A program made the translations under genes and the position numbers. From assembly GCF_028288205.1 (NCBI RefSeq), contig NZ_JAQBOD010000055.1:36434-100433 (forward strand): a stretch of 64,000 nucleotides of DNA, in the 5' to 3' direction. A model generated the notes under the pieces. The model was not told the DNA's origin. It worked only from the letters and a program-made list of their open reading frames with translations, and did no database searches. Positions 1 to 8,780 of the stretch are shown here, piece by piece. The DNA is from Mucilaginibacter sp. GTDB lineage: Bacteria; Bacteroidota; Bacteroidia; Sphingobacteriales; Sphingobacteriaceae. Position 1 is the first letter of the stretch; every line of letters starts with the position of its first letter.

Positions 1-34
1 CTAATTAACATTTTCCTTGCATATTTAAAATTTA

Positions 35-50
35 ATGCAAACTTTTGCAT
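35..50. promoter_or_regulatory. ARG-box-like palindrome upstream of arg leader
   Basis: ATGCAAACTTTTGCAT, 7-bp arms, TGCA-N6-TGCA core like ArgR boxes; no argR gene in window. Confidence 0.35.
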
Positions 51-83
51 CAAATTTTAAATAAAACAAACATTATAATTAAA

Positions 84-206
84 ATGAATCTGCAAACCTT
101 AAATAAGCCCACTGTAAGAGCAATTATTGCTCCGGTTGCCGCTGCTTTGGTTTCAACTGTTTTATTTTCTCCATCACGACGAAGGCTATTTATCCCGCGG
201 GTTTAA
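84..206 (+). CDS. putative arg-operon leader peptide (40 aa)
   Basis: Read manually: MNLQTLNKPTVRAIIAPVAAALVSTVLFSPSRRRLFIPRV*; A-rich start context; Arg codons AGA, CGA-CGA-AGG, CGG; 116 nt upstream of first arg gene. Confidence 0.6.
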   Translation: MNLQTLNKPTVRAIIAPVAAALVSTVLFSPSRRRLFIPRV

Positions 207-322
207 TTGCTAAGCTATCCTATTGCCCGTCACCGAAGTTTTTTAAACTTCTTCAACAAAAAATCATCTAATTACTTAAGGTTTAACAAACCATTATTTT
301 AACAGTAATTTTTCTATTTACA

Positions 323-991
323 ATGACTATACAAGATTTTGATATTCAGGTTGCTTCTGCCCAGCATGTAGACTATGCCCCTATCATTTGCGATGAGATG
401 GCAGAGTCGGCAAAGGCACGTGGCACGGGCATTGCCCAACGCTCGCCTGAGTATGTTGCCGATAAAATGCTGGAAGGCAAAGCGGTTATCGCGCTATATA
501 AAGATGGTACCTGGGCAGGTTTTTGCTATATTGAAACCTGGAGCCACGGCGACTTTGTGGCTAACTCTGGCTTAATAGTAGCGCCGCAATACCGTAAAGT
601 AGGTTTAGCTAAGGCTATTAAGCATAAAATATTCGAGCTTTCAAGAACAAAGTACCCTGAAGCAAAGCTATTTGGCCTAACAACCGGACTGGCCGTAATG
701 AAGATAAACTCTGAGTTAGGCTACGAACCGGTAACTTATTCTGAACTTACGCAGGATGAGGATTTTTGGAAAGGCTGCAAAAGCTGCGTTAATTATGATA
801 TATTAACCATGAAAGAGCGCAAAAACTGCATGTGTACCGCTATGCTTTTTGATCCGGCAGAGAAAGCAAAAGATGCGGAGAAGAAAGAGAATGATGATGA
901 CAAGCTTAGAAAAATAACACACAAAGCCACTTTATTTGAGCGTATTGAAAACGCCATTAAAAGTTTTGGTCAGGACTTGAAAGTATTTTAG
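323..991 (+). CDS. GNAT-family N-acyltransferase, probable ArgA-equivalent (N-acylglutamate synthase)
   Basis: GNAT acyl-CoA motif (LIVAPQYRKVGLA), FWKGCKSC..C.C; first gene of arg cluster. Confidence 0.75.
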   Translation: MTIQDFDIQVASAQHVDYAPIICDEMAESAKARGTGIAQRSPEYVADKMLEGKAVIALYKDGTWAGFCYIETWSHGDFVANSGLIVAPQYRKVGLAKAIKHKIFELSRTKYPEAKLFGLTTGLAVMKINSELGYEPVTYSELTQDEDFWKGCKSCVNYDILTMKERKNCMCTAMLFDPAEKAKDAEKKENDDDKLRKITHKATLFERIENAIKSFGQDLKVF

Positions 992-994
992 ATA

Positions 995-1029
995 GAGGTT
1001 AAAGGTAAAAGGCGAAAGGTTAAAGGTAA
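995..1029 (+). repeat. 5x7-nt tandem array, left arm of inverted repeat
   Basis: GAGGTTA AAGGTAA AAGGCGA AAGGTTA AAGGTAA; last A is the A of the ATG at 1029. Confidence 0.95.
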
Positions 1030-1391
1030 TGAGAGATTATAAAAAACTCGATGTATGGAAAAAATCACATTTACTGACAAAGCAAATGTATAAAGATGTT
1101 TTGCCATTAATGCCTATTGAAGAGCGCTTTGCTTTAACCAGCCAATTACGTCGGTCAACTTACTCGATTCCTTTAAATATTGTAGAAGGGTGTGGTAAAA
1201 ACACCGATAAAGATTTTGCACATTATCTGGATAATGCTTTGGGTTCGACCCTTGAAGCAGAATATACTTGCTATTTAATTTTCGATCTTGATTATATTAC
1301 CCAAGATCAATACGATTTAATAAACTCATTAATTAACGAAGTAAAGGCAATGTTAATTTCATTTATAAATTTTTTAAGAAATGGAAAATAA
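1029..1391 (+). CDS. four helix bundle protein (23S rRNA intervening-sequence protein / Avd-like family)
   Basis: 120 aa; DYKKLDVWKKS, EERFALTSQLRRSTYSIPLNIVEG, F.HYL..ALGS..E motifs. Confidence 0.92.
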   Translation: MRDYKKLDVWKKSHLLTKQMYKDVLPLMPIEERFALTSQLRRSTYSIPLNIVEGCGKNTDKDFAHYLDNALGSTLEAEYTCYLIFDLDYITQDQYDLINSLINEVKAMLISFINFLRNGK

Positions 1392-1423
1392 CCTTTTACC
1401 TTTCTCCTTTTACCTTTTACCTC
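1389..1423 (-). repeat. 5x7-nt tandem array, right arm of inverted repeat
   Basis: TAACCTT TTACCTT TCTCCTT TTACCTT TTACCTC; begins with the TAA stop; 31/35 complementary to 995-1029. Confidence 0.95.
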
Positions 1424-1424
1424 A

Positions 1425-2618
1425 ATGAAAAAGAAAGTAGTACTTGCCTACAGCGGCGGATTAGACACCTCATTTTGCTGCATTTATCTAACGCGTGATT
1501 TAGGTTACGAGGTACACTCAGTAATAGTAAACACTGGCGGTTTTAGTGCTGAAGAATTGAACCAGGTGGAAAAGCGCGCTTATGAAATGGGTGTAACATC
1601 GCACCATGTAGTTGATGAGACCGAGAATTTTTACAATACCTGCGTACGTTACCTTATATATGGTAATGTATTAAAAAATAACACCTACCCTCTTTCTGTA
1701 AGTGCGGAGCGCGTTAGTCAGGCAACCGCTATTGCTAACTATGCCAAAGAAATTGGTGCCGAATATGTGGCTCATGGCAGCACAGGCGCCGGTAATGACC
1801 AGGTTAGGTTTGATATGATATTTAATATTCTTATCCCCGAAGTGGGCATCATCACTCCTATTCGCGATCTGAAATTAAGTCGTGAAGCCGAGATAGAATA
1901 CCTTAAAAAGCACGGCGTTGAAATGAACTTTGAAAAAGCGAAGTACTCTATCAACAAAGGCATTTGGGGAACATCAGTTGGTGGTAAAGAAACTTTAACC
2001 TCAAACTTAGGTTTGCCGGAAGAGGCATGGCCAACACAAGTCAGTGAGTCTGAAGTCAGGAGCCTTGAGTTAATTTTTGAAAAGGGTGAATTAGTTGGTA
2101 TAGATGATGAAAGATATGATCATCCGACCAAAGCTATACAGTCTTTACAGGCTATCGCTCAACCTTATGGTATTGGCCGTGATATACACGTTGGCGATAC
2201 TATTATAGGCATTAAGGGCCGTGTTGGCTTTGAAGCTGCCGCGCCGATGATCATTATTAAAGCTCATCATACTTTAGAAAAACATACCTTAACCAAATGG
2301 CAGTTAACGTGGAAAGACCAACTATCTGTGTTTTACGGTAACTGGCTGCACGAAGGGCAGTTTCATGATCCTATTATGCGTAATATGGAAGCATTTTTAA
2401 CTGATACGCAGAAGAATGTAAGCGGCAAAGTATTTGTACAATTGCATCCTTATCGTTTCCAAATAATTGGTATTGAGTCGGATCATGACCTGATGTCGAA
2501 CAAATTTGGCAGCTATGGTGAAATGAATAATTCATGGAGTGGCGAGGATGTAAAAGGGTTCTCAAAAATATTTGGTAACCAGGTAATGATCTATCATAAA
2601 GTTAACGGACCTGAATAA
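1425..2618 (+). CDS. argG: argininosuccinate synthase
   Basis: VVLAYSGGLDTS, AHGSTGAGNDQVRF motifs. Confidence 0.98.
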   Translation: MKKKVVLAYSGGLDTSFCCIYLTRDLGYEVHSVIVNTGGFSAEELNQVEKRAYEMGVTSHHVVDETENFYNTCVRYLIYGNVLKNNTYPLSVSAERVSQATAIANYAKEIGAEYVAHGSTGAGNDQVRFDMIFNILIPEVGIITPIRDLKLSREAEIEYLKKHGVEMNFEKAKYSINKGIWGTSVGGKETLTSNLGLPEEAWPTQVSESEVRSLELIFEKGELVGIDDERYDHPTKAIQSLQAIAQPYGIGRDIHVGDTIIGIKGRVGFEAAAPMIIIKAHHTLEKHTLTKWQLTWKDQLSVFYGNWLHEGQFHDPIMRNMEAFLTDTQKNVSGKVFVQLHPYRFQIIGIESDHDLMSNKFGSYGEMNNSWSGEDVKGFSKIFGNQVMIYHKVNGPE

Positions 2619-2968
2619 TGAATACGGTATTTTCAAAAGGCGAATGTATTGAGCATTATACCTGGGGCGATGATTGCCATGGGTGGACCTTTGTTGATAC
2701 CGAAGCGCTATCCGTCAAGCAAGAATTAATGCCGCCTGATACGGCTGAAAAGATGCATCATCATGAAAAGGCTATCCAATTTTTCTTTATTTTAAGGGGA
2801 AGGGCCAAGTTTACTATTGATGGTAAGGTGATTGAACTAAGGGAGCAGCAGGCCATACAGATCAATCCAAATCAGAAGCATTTTATAGCTAATCATCAAA
2901 ATACCGACCTGGAGTTTATTTTATATTCTTATCCATCAACAAAAAATGACAGAATTGAGATCAAATAA
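2618..2968 (+). CDS. cupin domain protein
   Basis: EHYTWGDDCHGW, HHHEKAIQFFFIL.G, NQKHFIAN; TAATG overlap with argG. Confidence 0.85.
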   Translation: MNTVFSKGECIEHYTWGDDCHGWTFVDTEALSVKQELMPPDTAEKMHHHEKAIQFFFILRGRAKFTIDGKVIELREQQAIQINPNQKHFIANHQNTDLEFILYSYPSTKNDRIEIK

Positions 2969-3944
2969 AATAAAAGCCGGAATAATTGGTGGTGCGGGCT
3001 ATACCGGCGGTGAAATGCTGCGGATATTAATTAACCACCCCAACGTAGATATTGCCTTTGTAAATAGTACCAGCAATGCCGGTAATTATATTTACGAGGT
3101 GCATACCGATCTGTTCGGTGATACAGAGCTAAAATTTTCGGACGGACTACAAACCGACATAGATGTACTATTTTTATGCGTCGGCCATGGCGATGCTAAA
3201 AAGTTTTTAGAGGCTAACGCGATACCTGATAATGTGAAGATTATTGACCTAAGCCAGGATTTTAGGTTGAGTAAAAATTCAAAAACAGGTTCAAAAAGTT
3301 TCGTTTACGGTTTACCAGAATTAAACAGGGGCGCTATTAAATCGGCACAAAATATAGCAAACCCGGGCTGCTTTGCTACCTGCCTGCAATTAGGTTTATT
3401 GCCATTAGCCAGCAAAGGATTATTAAATAGCGAGGTTCATATTTCGGCTACAACTGGTTCTACAGGTGCTGGTCAGAGTTTGGCTGCTACCTCTCACTTT
3501 ACCTGGAGAAATGATAATCTTTCGGTTTATAAGGTTTTTAATCACCAGCATTTAAGTGAGATCGGCGAATCTTTAAAACAACTACAACCTACATTTGATC
3601 AAACTTTAAATTTCATACCATATAGGGGCGATTTTACAAGAGGCATTTTTGCATCTATTTATATGGATAGCGAGTTATCCGAAGAAGAAGCGTTGAAGCT
3701 TTATGAGGACTTTTTTGCAGGTCACCCATTTACCCATGTAACCGACAGGAATATAGACCTTAAACAAGTGGTAAATACCAATAAAGTATTTTTACAGGTT
3801 AAGAAACATGGTAATAAACTATTTATTATAAGCATGTTAGATAATTTACTTAAAGGCGCCTCGGGTCAGGCGGTTCAGAACATGAACCTATTATTTGGCT
3901 TTGATGAGCGCGCAGGATTACGACTTAAGGCGACGGGCTTTTAG
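2946..3944 (+). CDS. argC: N-acyl-gamma-glutamyl-phosphate reductase
   Basis: GGAGYTGGE, IANPGCFAT, DNLLKGASGQAVQNMN. Confidence 0.97.
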   Translation: MTELRSNKIKAGIIGGAGYTGGEMLRILINHPNVDIAFVNSTSNAGNYIYEVHTDLFGDTELKFSDGLQTDIDVLFLCVGHGDAKKFLEANAIPDNVKIIDLSQDFRLSKNSKTGSKSFVYGLPELNRGAIKSAQNIANPGCFATCLQLGLLPLASKGLLNSEVHISATTGSTGAGQSLAATSHFTWRNDNLSVYKVFNHQHLSEIGESLKQLQPTFDQTLNFIPYRGDFTRGIFASIYMDSELSEEEALKLYEDFFAGHPFTHVTDRNIDLKQVVNTNKVFLQVKKHGNKLFIISMLDNLLKGASGQAVQNMNLLFGFDERAGLRLKATGF

Positions 3945-4005
3945 CCCCGAGCCACCTCGAAACACTGTATTAAGTATCTAAATTTTATACCTTATCTAAA
4001 TAAAA

Positions 4006-5133
4006 ATGAAATTATTCGACGTATATCCTATTAACCCTATCAATATTGTAAAAGGTGTTGGCAGTTTGGTTTATGATGATAAAGGACAAGAATACCTGGA
4101 CCTGTATGGCGGCCACGCTGTTATCTCTATCGGCCATACTAATACGCATTATGTAAAACGGTTAGAAAATCAATTACATCAAATAGGATTTTATTCTAAC
4201 TCAATAGAAATTCCTTTACAAAAAGAATTAGCCGAGAAATTAGGTCGTGTATCAGGTAAGGAAGATTACCAGTTATTTTTAGTTAACTCGGGCGCTGAAG
4301 CCAATGAGAATGCTTTAAAACTGGCCTCTTTCTATAATGGCAAAAAGAAGGTTATCGCATTTACCGGTGCTTTCCACGGACGGACATCATTAGCAGTAGC
4401 AGTTACAGACAACCCAAAGATAGTTGCCCCTGTTAATGAAACAGATAATGTAATTTTCGTTCCATGGAAAGATGAGGCAGCTTTAGAACAGACTTTTGTT
4501 GATAATGAAATATCATCAGTAATTATTGAAGGTATACAGGGAGTTGGTGGTATACAGGTTGCACCGGAAAGTTTCCTGCAAAAAATAAGGTCGCTTTGCG
4601 ATACCCATAACGCGGTATTTATTGCAGATGGTATACAATGCGGATACGGACGGACAGGCAAGTTTTATTCGCATGATTTTGCCGGGATAAATGCAGATAT
4701 TTATACTATGGCTAAAGGAATGGGTAACGGTTTCCCTATTGGGGCCATAAGTATATCGCCAAAAATACAGCCCGCATATGGTATGTTGGGTACTACTTTT
4801 GGAGGCAACCATTTGGCCTGCGCTGCTGCGTTAGCAGTATTAGAAGTAATGGAACAGGATAATTTACTGCAAAATGCAGCTACAGTTGGTGCATATTTAA
4901 TTGATGAATTGAAGAAATTCAAACAGGTTAAAGAAGTGCGTGGACGTGGCCTAATGATAGGCATAGAACTGCCTGCCGAATATGCACACGCCAAAAAGGA
5001 CCTGCTATTTAAACATCATATATTTACCGGCGAGGCTAAACCAAACGTGATCAGGCTGCTGCCGGCATTAAATTTAACCAAAGCACATGCTGATCAATTT
5101 TTAGAGGCTTTTACAACTGTAATCAATAAATAG
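4006..5133 (+). CDS. argD: acetyl/succinylornithine aminotransferase (class III PLP)
   Basis: NSGAEANE, FHGRT, AKGMGNGFPIG, GTTFGGN; operon context. Confidence 0.95.
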   Translation: MKLFDVYPINPINIVKGVGSLVYDDKGQEYLDLYGGHAVISIGHTNTHYVKRLENQLHQIGFYSNSIEIPLQKELAEKLGRVSGKEDYQLFLVNSGAEANENALKLASFYNGKKKVIAFTGAFHGRTSLAVAVTDNPKIVAPVNETDNVIFVPWKDEAALEQTFVDNEISSVIIEGIQGVGGIQVAPESFLQKIRSLCDTHNAVFIADGIQCGYGRTGKFYSHDFAGINADIYTMAKGMGNGFPIGAISISPKIQPAYGMLGTTFGGNHLACAAALAVLEVMEQDNLLQNAATVGAYLIDELKKFKQVKEVRGRGLMIGIELPAEYAHAKKDLLFKHHIFTGEAKPNVIRLLPALNLTKAHADQFLEAFTTVINK

Positions 5134-5137
5134 CATA

Positions 5138-5219
5138 TCATTTCGACCAGCGGGAGGAATCTATACATTAGTTGGATATTTGCTTAGCATGTATAGATTT
5201 CCCGCTGCGCTCGAAATGA
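5138..5219. repeat. REP-like intergenic palindrome
   Basis: TCATTTCGA-CCAGCGGGAGG-AATCTATACAT ... ATGTATAGATT-TCCCGCTGCGC-TCGAAATGA. Confidence 0.8.
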
Positions 5220-5238
5220 CAAAGAATTTTAATAAATT

Positions 5239-6186
5239 ATGAAACTATTCTCTTCCGTTAACGACGTAACCGATATTAAAGCACTTGTTGCCGAAGCATT
5301 GGAGTTAAAGCAAAACCCTTACGCGCACCAGCATTTGGGTAAAAACAAAACATTGGGACTGGTTTTTCTTAACCCAAGCTTACGTACGCGCATGAGCACG
5401 CAGAAAGCTGCCCTTAACCTGGGGATGAACGTTATGGTGCTTAATGTAGATAAGGAAGGATGGGCATTAGAGCTTCGTGACAACGTTGTAATGAACGGCA
5501 CTACTGTAGAGCACATTCGCGAAGCTGCGGCTGTTATGGGGCAGTATGTGGACATTATAGGGGTACGCTCTTTTCCCGGACTAAAAGATCGTAATGAGGA
5601 TTATGCCGAAGTAGTATTTAATAAGTTTGTTGAGTTTTGCGGTGTGCCGTTGGTAAGTTTAGAATCGGCCACCCGTCACCCACTACAAAGTTTAGCCGAT
5701 CTGATCTCTATAGAAGAATTAAAAACTAAAGCACGCCCTAAAGTTGTATTAACCTGGGCACCACATATTAAGCCACTACCACAGGCTGTACCAAACTCTT
5801 TTGCCGAATGGATATGTAAGGCTGATGTTGATTTTACTATTGCCCAACCTGCCGGTTATGAACTTTGTACCGATTTTACACAAGGCGCTACCATCACCAC
5901 TAACCAGGATGAGGCTTTAGCTGACGCTGATTTTATTTACGTAAAAAACTGGTCGGCTTTTGAGCCTTACGGGCAGATATTCCCGGGTAATGAAGATTGG
6001 ATGCTGACCAATGAAAAATTAAAGATCACCAACAATGCAAAGGTAATGCATTGCTTACCAGTGCGCCGTAATTTGGAGTTATCAGCTGAGGTTTTAGACG
6101 GACCGAACTCAATTGTGGTTCACGAAGCTGGTAATCGTGTATGGGCAGCTCAGGCAGTATTGAAGCAAATGTTGGAGAGTTTATAA
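5239..6186 (+). CDS. argF: N-succinyl/N-acetylornithine carbamoyltransferase (ArgF')
   Basis: FLNPSLRT, ESATRHPLQ, LTWAPH, YVKNWS, MHCLPVRRN motifs of AOTCase/SOTCase. Confidence 0.93.
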   Translation: MKLFSSVNDVTDIKALVAEALELKQNPYAHQHLGKNKTLGLVFLNPSLRTRMSTQKAALNLGMNVMVLNVDKEGWALELRDNVVMNGTTVEHIREAAAVMGQYVDIIGVRSFPGLKDRNEDYAEVVFNKFVEFCGVPLVSLESATRHPLQSLADLISIEELKTKARPKVVLTWAPHIKPLPQAVPNSFAEWICKADVDFTIAQPAGYELCTDFTQGATITTNQDEALADADFIYVKNWSAFEPYGQIFPGNEDWMLTNEKLKITNNAKVMHCLPVRRNLELSAEVLDGPNSIVVHEAGNRVWAAQAVLKQMLESL

Positions 6187-6210
6187 ACTTATATGGCAAA
6201 ATTGAAATAA

Positions 6211-7458
6211 TTATTTACCATCAGGCTTAATTGATGCGTTAATAACCCTATTCAAGGTTAACCCCTGCACTATCACCGAGAATATCACTATAAAATAACT
6301 ACCTGCCAATATAATATGCCGATAGGGACTGGCAGGTAATGATAGCGCCAACGCAATTGATATGCCCCCACGCAATCCTGCCCAGGTAAGAATATTTACA
6401 CTGCTATAACTAATATTTAATGTACGACGCAAAAAAGTTAAGGGTAAACTAATACTTAGCCAACGTGCTATTAATATCACAAATATTCCCACCCCACCTA
6501 TCAACCAGTAATTATTTAAATAGGGTAAATTGATCATTTGCAGGCCTATCATTACAAATAAAATTGTGTTTAGCATTTCATCTATTAGCTGCCAAAACTT
6601 CTCGAGCGCCTGGTGCGAGTGCTCAGTACTATCAATATTTATAGTTTGGTTACCGGCAAATAACCCGGCGCACACAACAGCCAACGGGATAGAAAAATCC
6701 ATAAACGCAGCTACAACAGAAATGCTCATAACTAATGCAAGTGATACCAAAACAATGGTTTGAAAATCAGTAATGGTTTTCATTAGCCGGAAAGCAATAA
6801 AACCAAATACAATTCCCAAAATGATTCCACCAAACACCTCACGAATAAATAAAATGCTTGTTTTGGCAAAATCTAATTTGTCGCTGCCTGACTGCGTAAA
6901 CTCTAATATGGTAATAAATAGTACCAGCCCTATACCATCATTAAATAAGGATTCGCCGGAAATTATAGTTTCCAGGTTTACCGGCAATTTTGAATTTTTG
7001 ATGATCGCTCCTACTGCTACCGGGTCGGTTGGCGAAATCAGCGCACCAAATAAAAAGCAGTAAACCAACGGCACATGGATATGAAACAGCGTGGTAACAC
7101 CATAAAACAATCCACCAAAAATAGCGGTTGAAAATATAACCCCTAACGTACTTAGTATAAATACGGGCCGCATTTCTTTTTTTAATCTTTTAGTATTTAA
7201 TGAAAACGAACCGGAGAAAAGTAAAAAACCCAGCATAATGTTTAATACCGTGCTCGAAAAATTTATATTCTTTGCCAGTAACGTAAGATATCGTTCAATG
7301 CCTGGGTTTAGCTTATCAATAGTAATAGTTATTACCGATACCAGTATAGCTATAGTAACTATACCAATTGTACCCGGTAGTTTTATAAAGCGGGCATTAA
7401 TGTAGGAGTAGATGGCACTCACTATAACCAATAAAGCAATAATTACAAACAGATCCAT
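6211..7458 (-). CDS. CPA1/NhaP-type cation:proton antiporter
   Basis: FGALISPTDPVAV, GESLFNDG, WAGLRGGIS.ALAL; multi-TM. Confidence 0.93.
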   Translation of the reverse strand: MDLFVIIALLVIVSAIYSYINARFIKLPGTIGIVTIAILVSVITITIDKLNPGIERYLTLLAKNINFSSTVLNIMLGFLLFSGSFSLNTKRLKKEMRPVFILSTLGVIFSTAIFGGLFYGVTTLFHIHVPLVYCFLFGALISPTDPVAVGAIIKNSKLPVNLETIISGESLFNDGIGLVLFITILEFTQSGSDKLDFAKTSILFIREVFGGIILGIVFGFIAFRLMKTITDFQTIVLVSLALVMSISVVAAFMDFSIPLAVVCAGLFAGNQTINIDSTEHSHQALEKFWQLIDEMLNTILFVMIGLQMINLPYLNNYWLIGGVGIFVILIARWLSISLPLTFLRRTLNISYSSVNILTWAGLRGGISIALALSLPASPYRHIILAGSYFIVIFSVIVQGLTLNRVINASIKPDGK

Positions 7459-7484
7459 TTTAATGGTATTAAGTTATGACTATA

Positions 7485-8780
7485 TTACTTTTCAGGTTCA
7501 ACCGTTCTGGTTTGACGGTTAAAACTTCTTATTATTAAGCGGTTATCACTGTTTTTGGTAAAATAATTTATGGCCCAGGTTAAAAAAACCGACGTTTTAT
7601 TTGAAAAGCCCGCTAACGACATGATATGTACAAAACCCCATAAAAGCCAGGCAAAAAATCCCTGGAAATGTAGCCTGCCCAAATCTGCTACCGATTTATT
7701 ACGCCCAATGGTAGCCAGCGTACCTTTATCATGATATTTAAAAGGTTCTGTCGGTTCTGCATTTATTAAATGAACCAGGTTTTTGGCCAGCCATGCCCCT
7801 TGTTGTATAGCTGCAGGTGCAACACCCGGATGGCCGTTAGGATATTCTTCGCTTATTATAGCTGATACATCCCCTATAGCAAAAATATTTTGATAGCCCT
7901 TTACCCTATTTATTTCATCGGTTTGTATGCGCGAGCCACGGGTTAACGTAGCATTTGTTATTCCCTGGGGTACCTCGCCCATTACACCTGCTGCCCAAAA
8001 TACGTTACGGGTTTTTATCGTCATTCCATCATCTATCTTTAATATTAACCCGTCATAGCTTTCTACATGAACGCTGTTATATATGGTAACATCATTTGCC
8101 AAAAGAAACTGTTTAGCCTTTTTTGAAGCCCCGTCAGACATTGCTGCCAGTAGCCTGTCTTTGCCTTCTACCAAATAAACGTTCATGTCATGTTTACTCA
8201 GTCCATGATAATCTTTTTGCAGAATTAAATGTCGCATCTCGGCTAAAGCCCCTGAAAGTTCAACGCCTGTAGGGCCGCCTCCTACTACTACAAAAGTCAT
8301 TAAGGCATCTTTCTCGTCTTTTTCTTTGGTTATCATGGCCATCTCTAAATGCTGTAGAATAAGGCCCCGTAAGTTTAATGCCTCCGGTACATTTTTCATT
8401 GGCATTGCACAATTTTCAATTGTTGTATTACCAAAAAAGTTGGTATTTGAGCCTGTTGCAATAACCAAATAATCATAATGAATATTGCCTATATTGGTTG
8501 TAAGGATATTTGTTTCAGGGTTAATAGCTTCTACATGAGCCAGATTAAAACTAAAATTGTCCTGACAGGTAAATATTCTACGGATAGGAAAAGCGATAGA
8601 ATCGGCCGGAATAGCACCCATTGCCACCTGGTATAATAAAGGCTGAAAGGTATGGTAATTGTGCTTATCAAGCATTAGTATATCAACCGGTGCTTTTTTG
8701 AGTTTTTTTGCCAATTGTAAACCAGCAAACCCGCCGCCAATAATTACTACGCGGGGTTTGCTATTTTTTTGTTGATCCAT
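7485..8780 (-). CDS. ndh: type II NADH:quinone oxidoreductase
   Basis: GGGFAG, FQPLLYQVA, VGGGPTGVELSG, AIGD; ATG at 8780 preferred over TTG 8786. Confidence 0.9.
   Translation of the reverse strand: MDQQKNSKPRVVIIGGGFAGLQLAKKLKKAPVDILMLDKHNYHTFQPLLYQVAMGAIPADSIAFPIRRIFTCQDNFSFNLAHVEAINPETNILTTNIGNIHYDYLVIATGSNTNFFGNTTIENCAMPMKNVPEALNLRGLILQHLEMAMITKEKDEKDALMTFVVVGGGPTGVELSGALAEMRHLILQKDYHGLSKHDMNVYLVEGKDRLLAAMSDGASKKAKQFLLANDVTIYNSVHVESYDGLILKIDDGMTIKTRNVFWAAGVMGEVPQGITNATLTRGSRIQTDEINRVKGYQNIFAIGDVSAIISEEYPNGHPGVAPAAIQQGAWLAKNLVHLINAEPTEPFKYHDKGTLATIGRNKSVADLGRLHFQGFFAWLLWGFVHIMSLAGFSNKTSVFLTWAINYFTKNSDNRLIIRSFNRQTRTVEPEK

Noticed and set aside
235..251. GAAGTTT-TTT-AAACTTC hairpin as the attenuator terminator
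   Set aside because: Weak AT-rich stem with no following U-tract; not a convincing intrinsic terminator.
1029..1391. Diversity-generating retroelement, given the Avd-like protein
   Set aside because: No reverse transcriptase and no template/variable repeat pair seen in the window.
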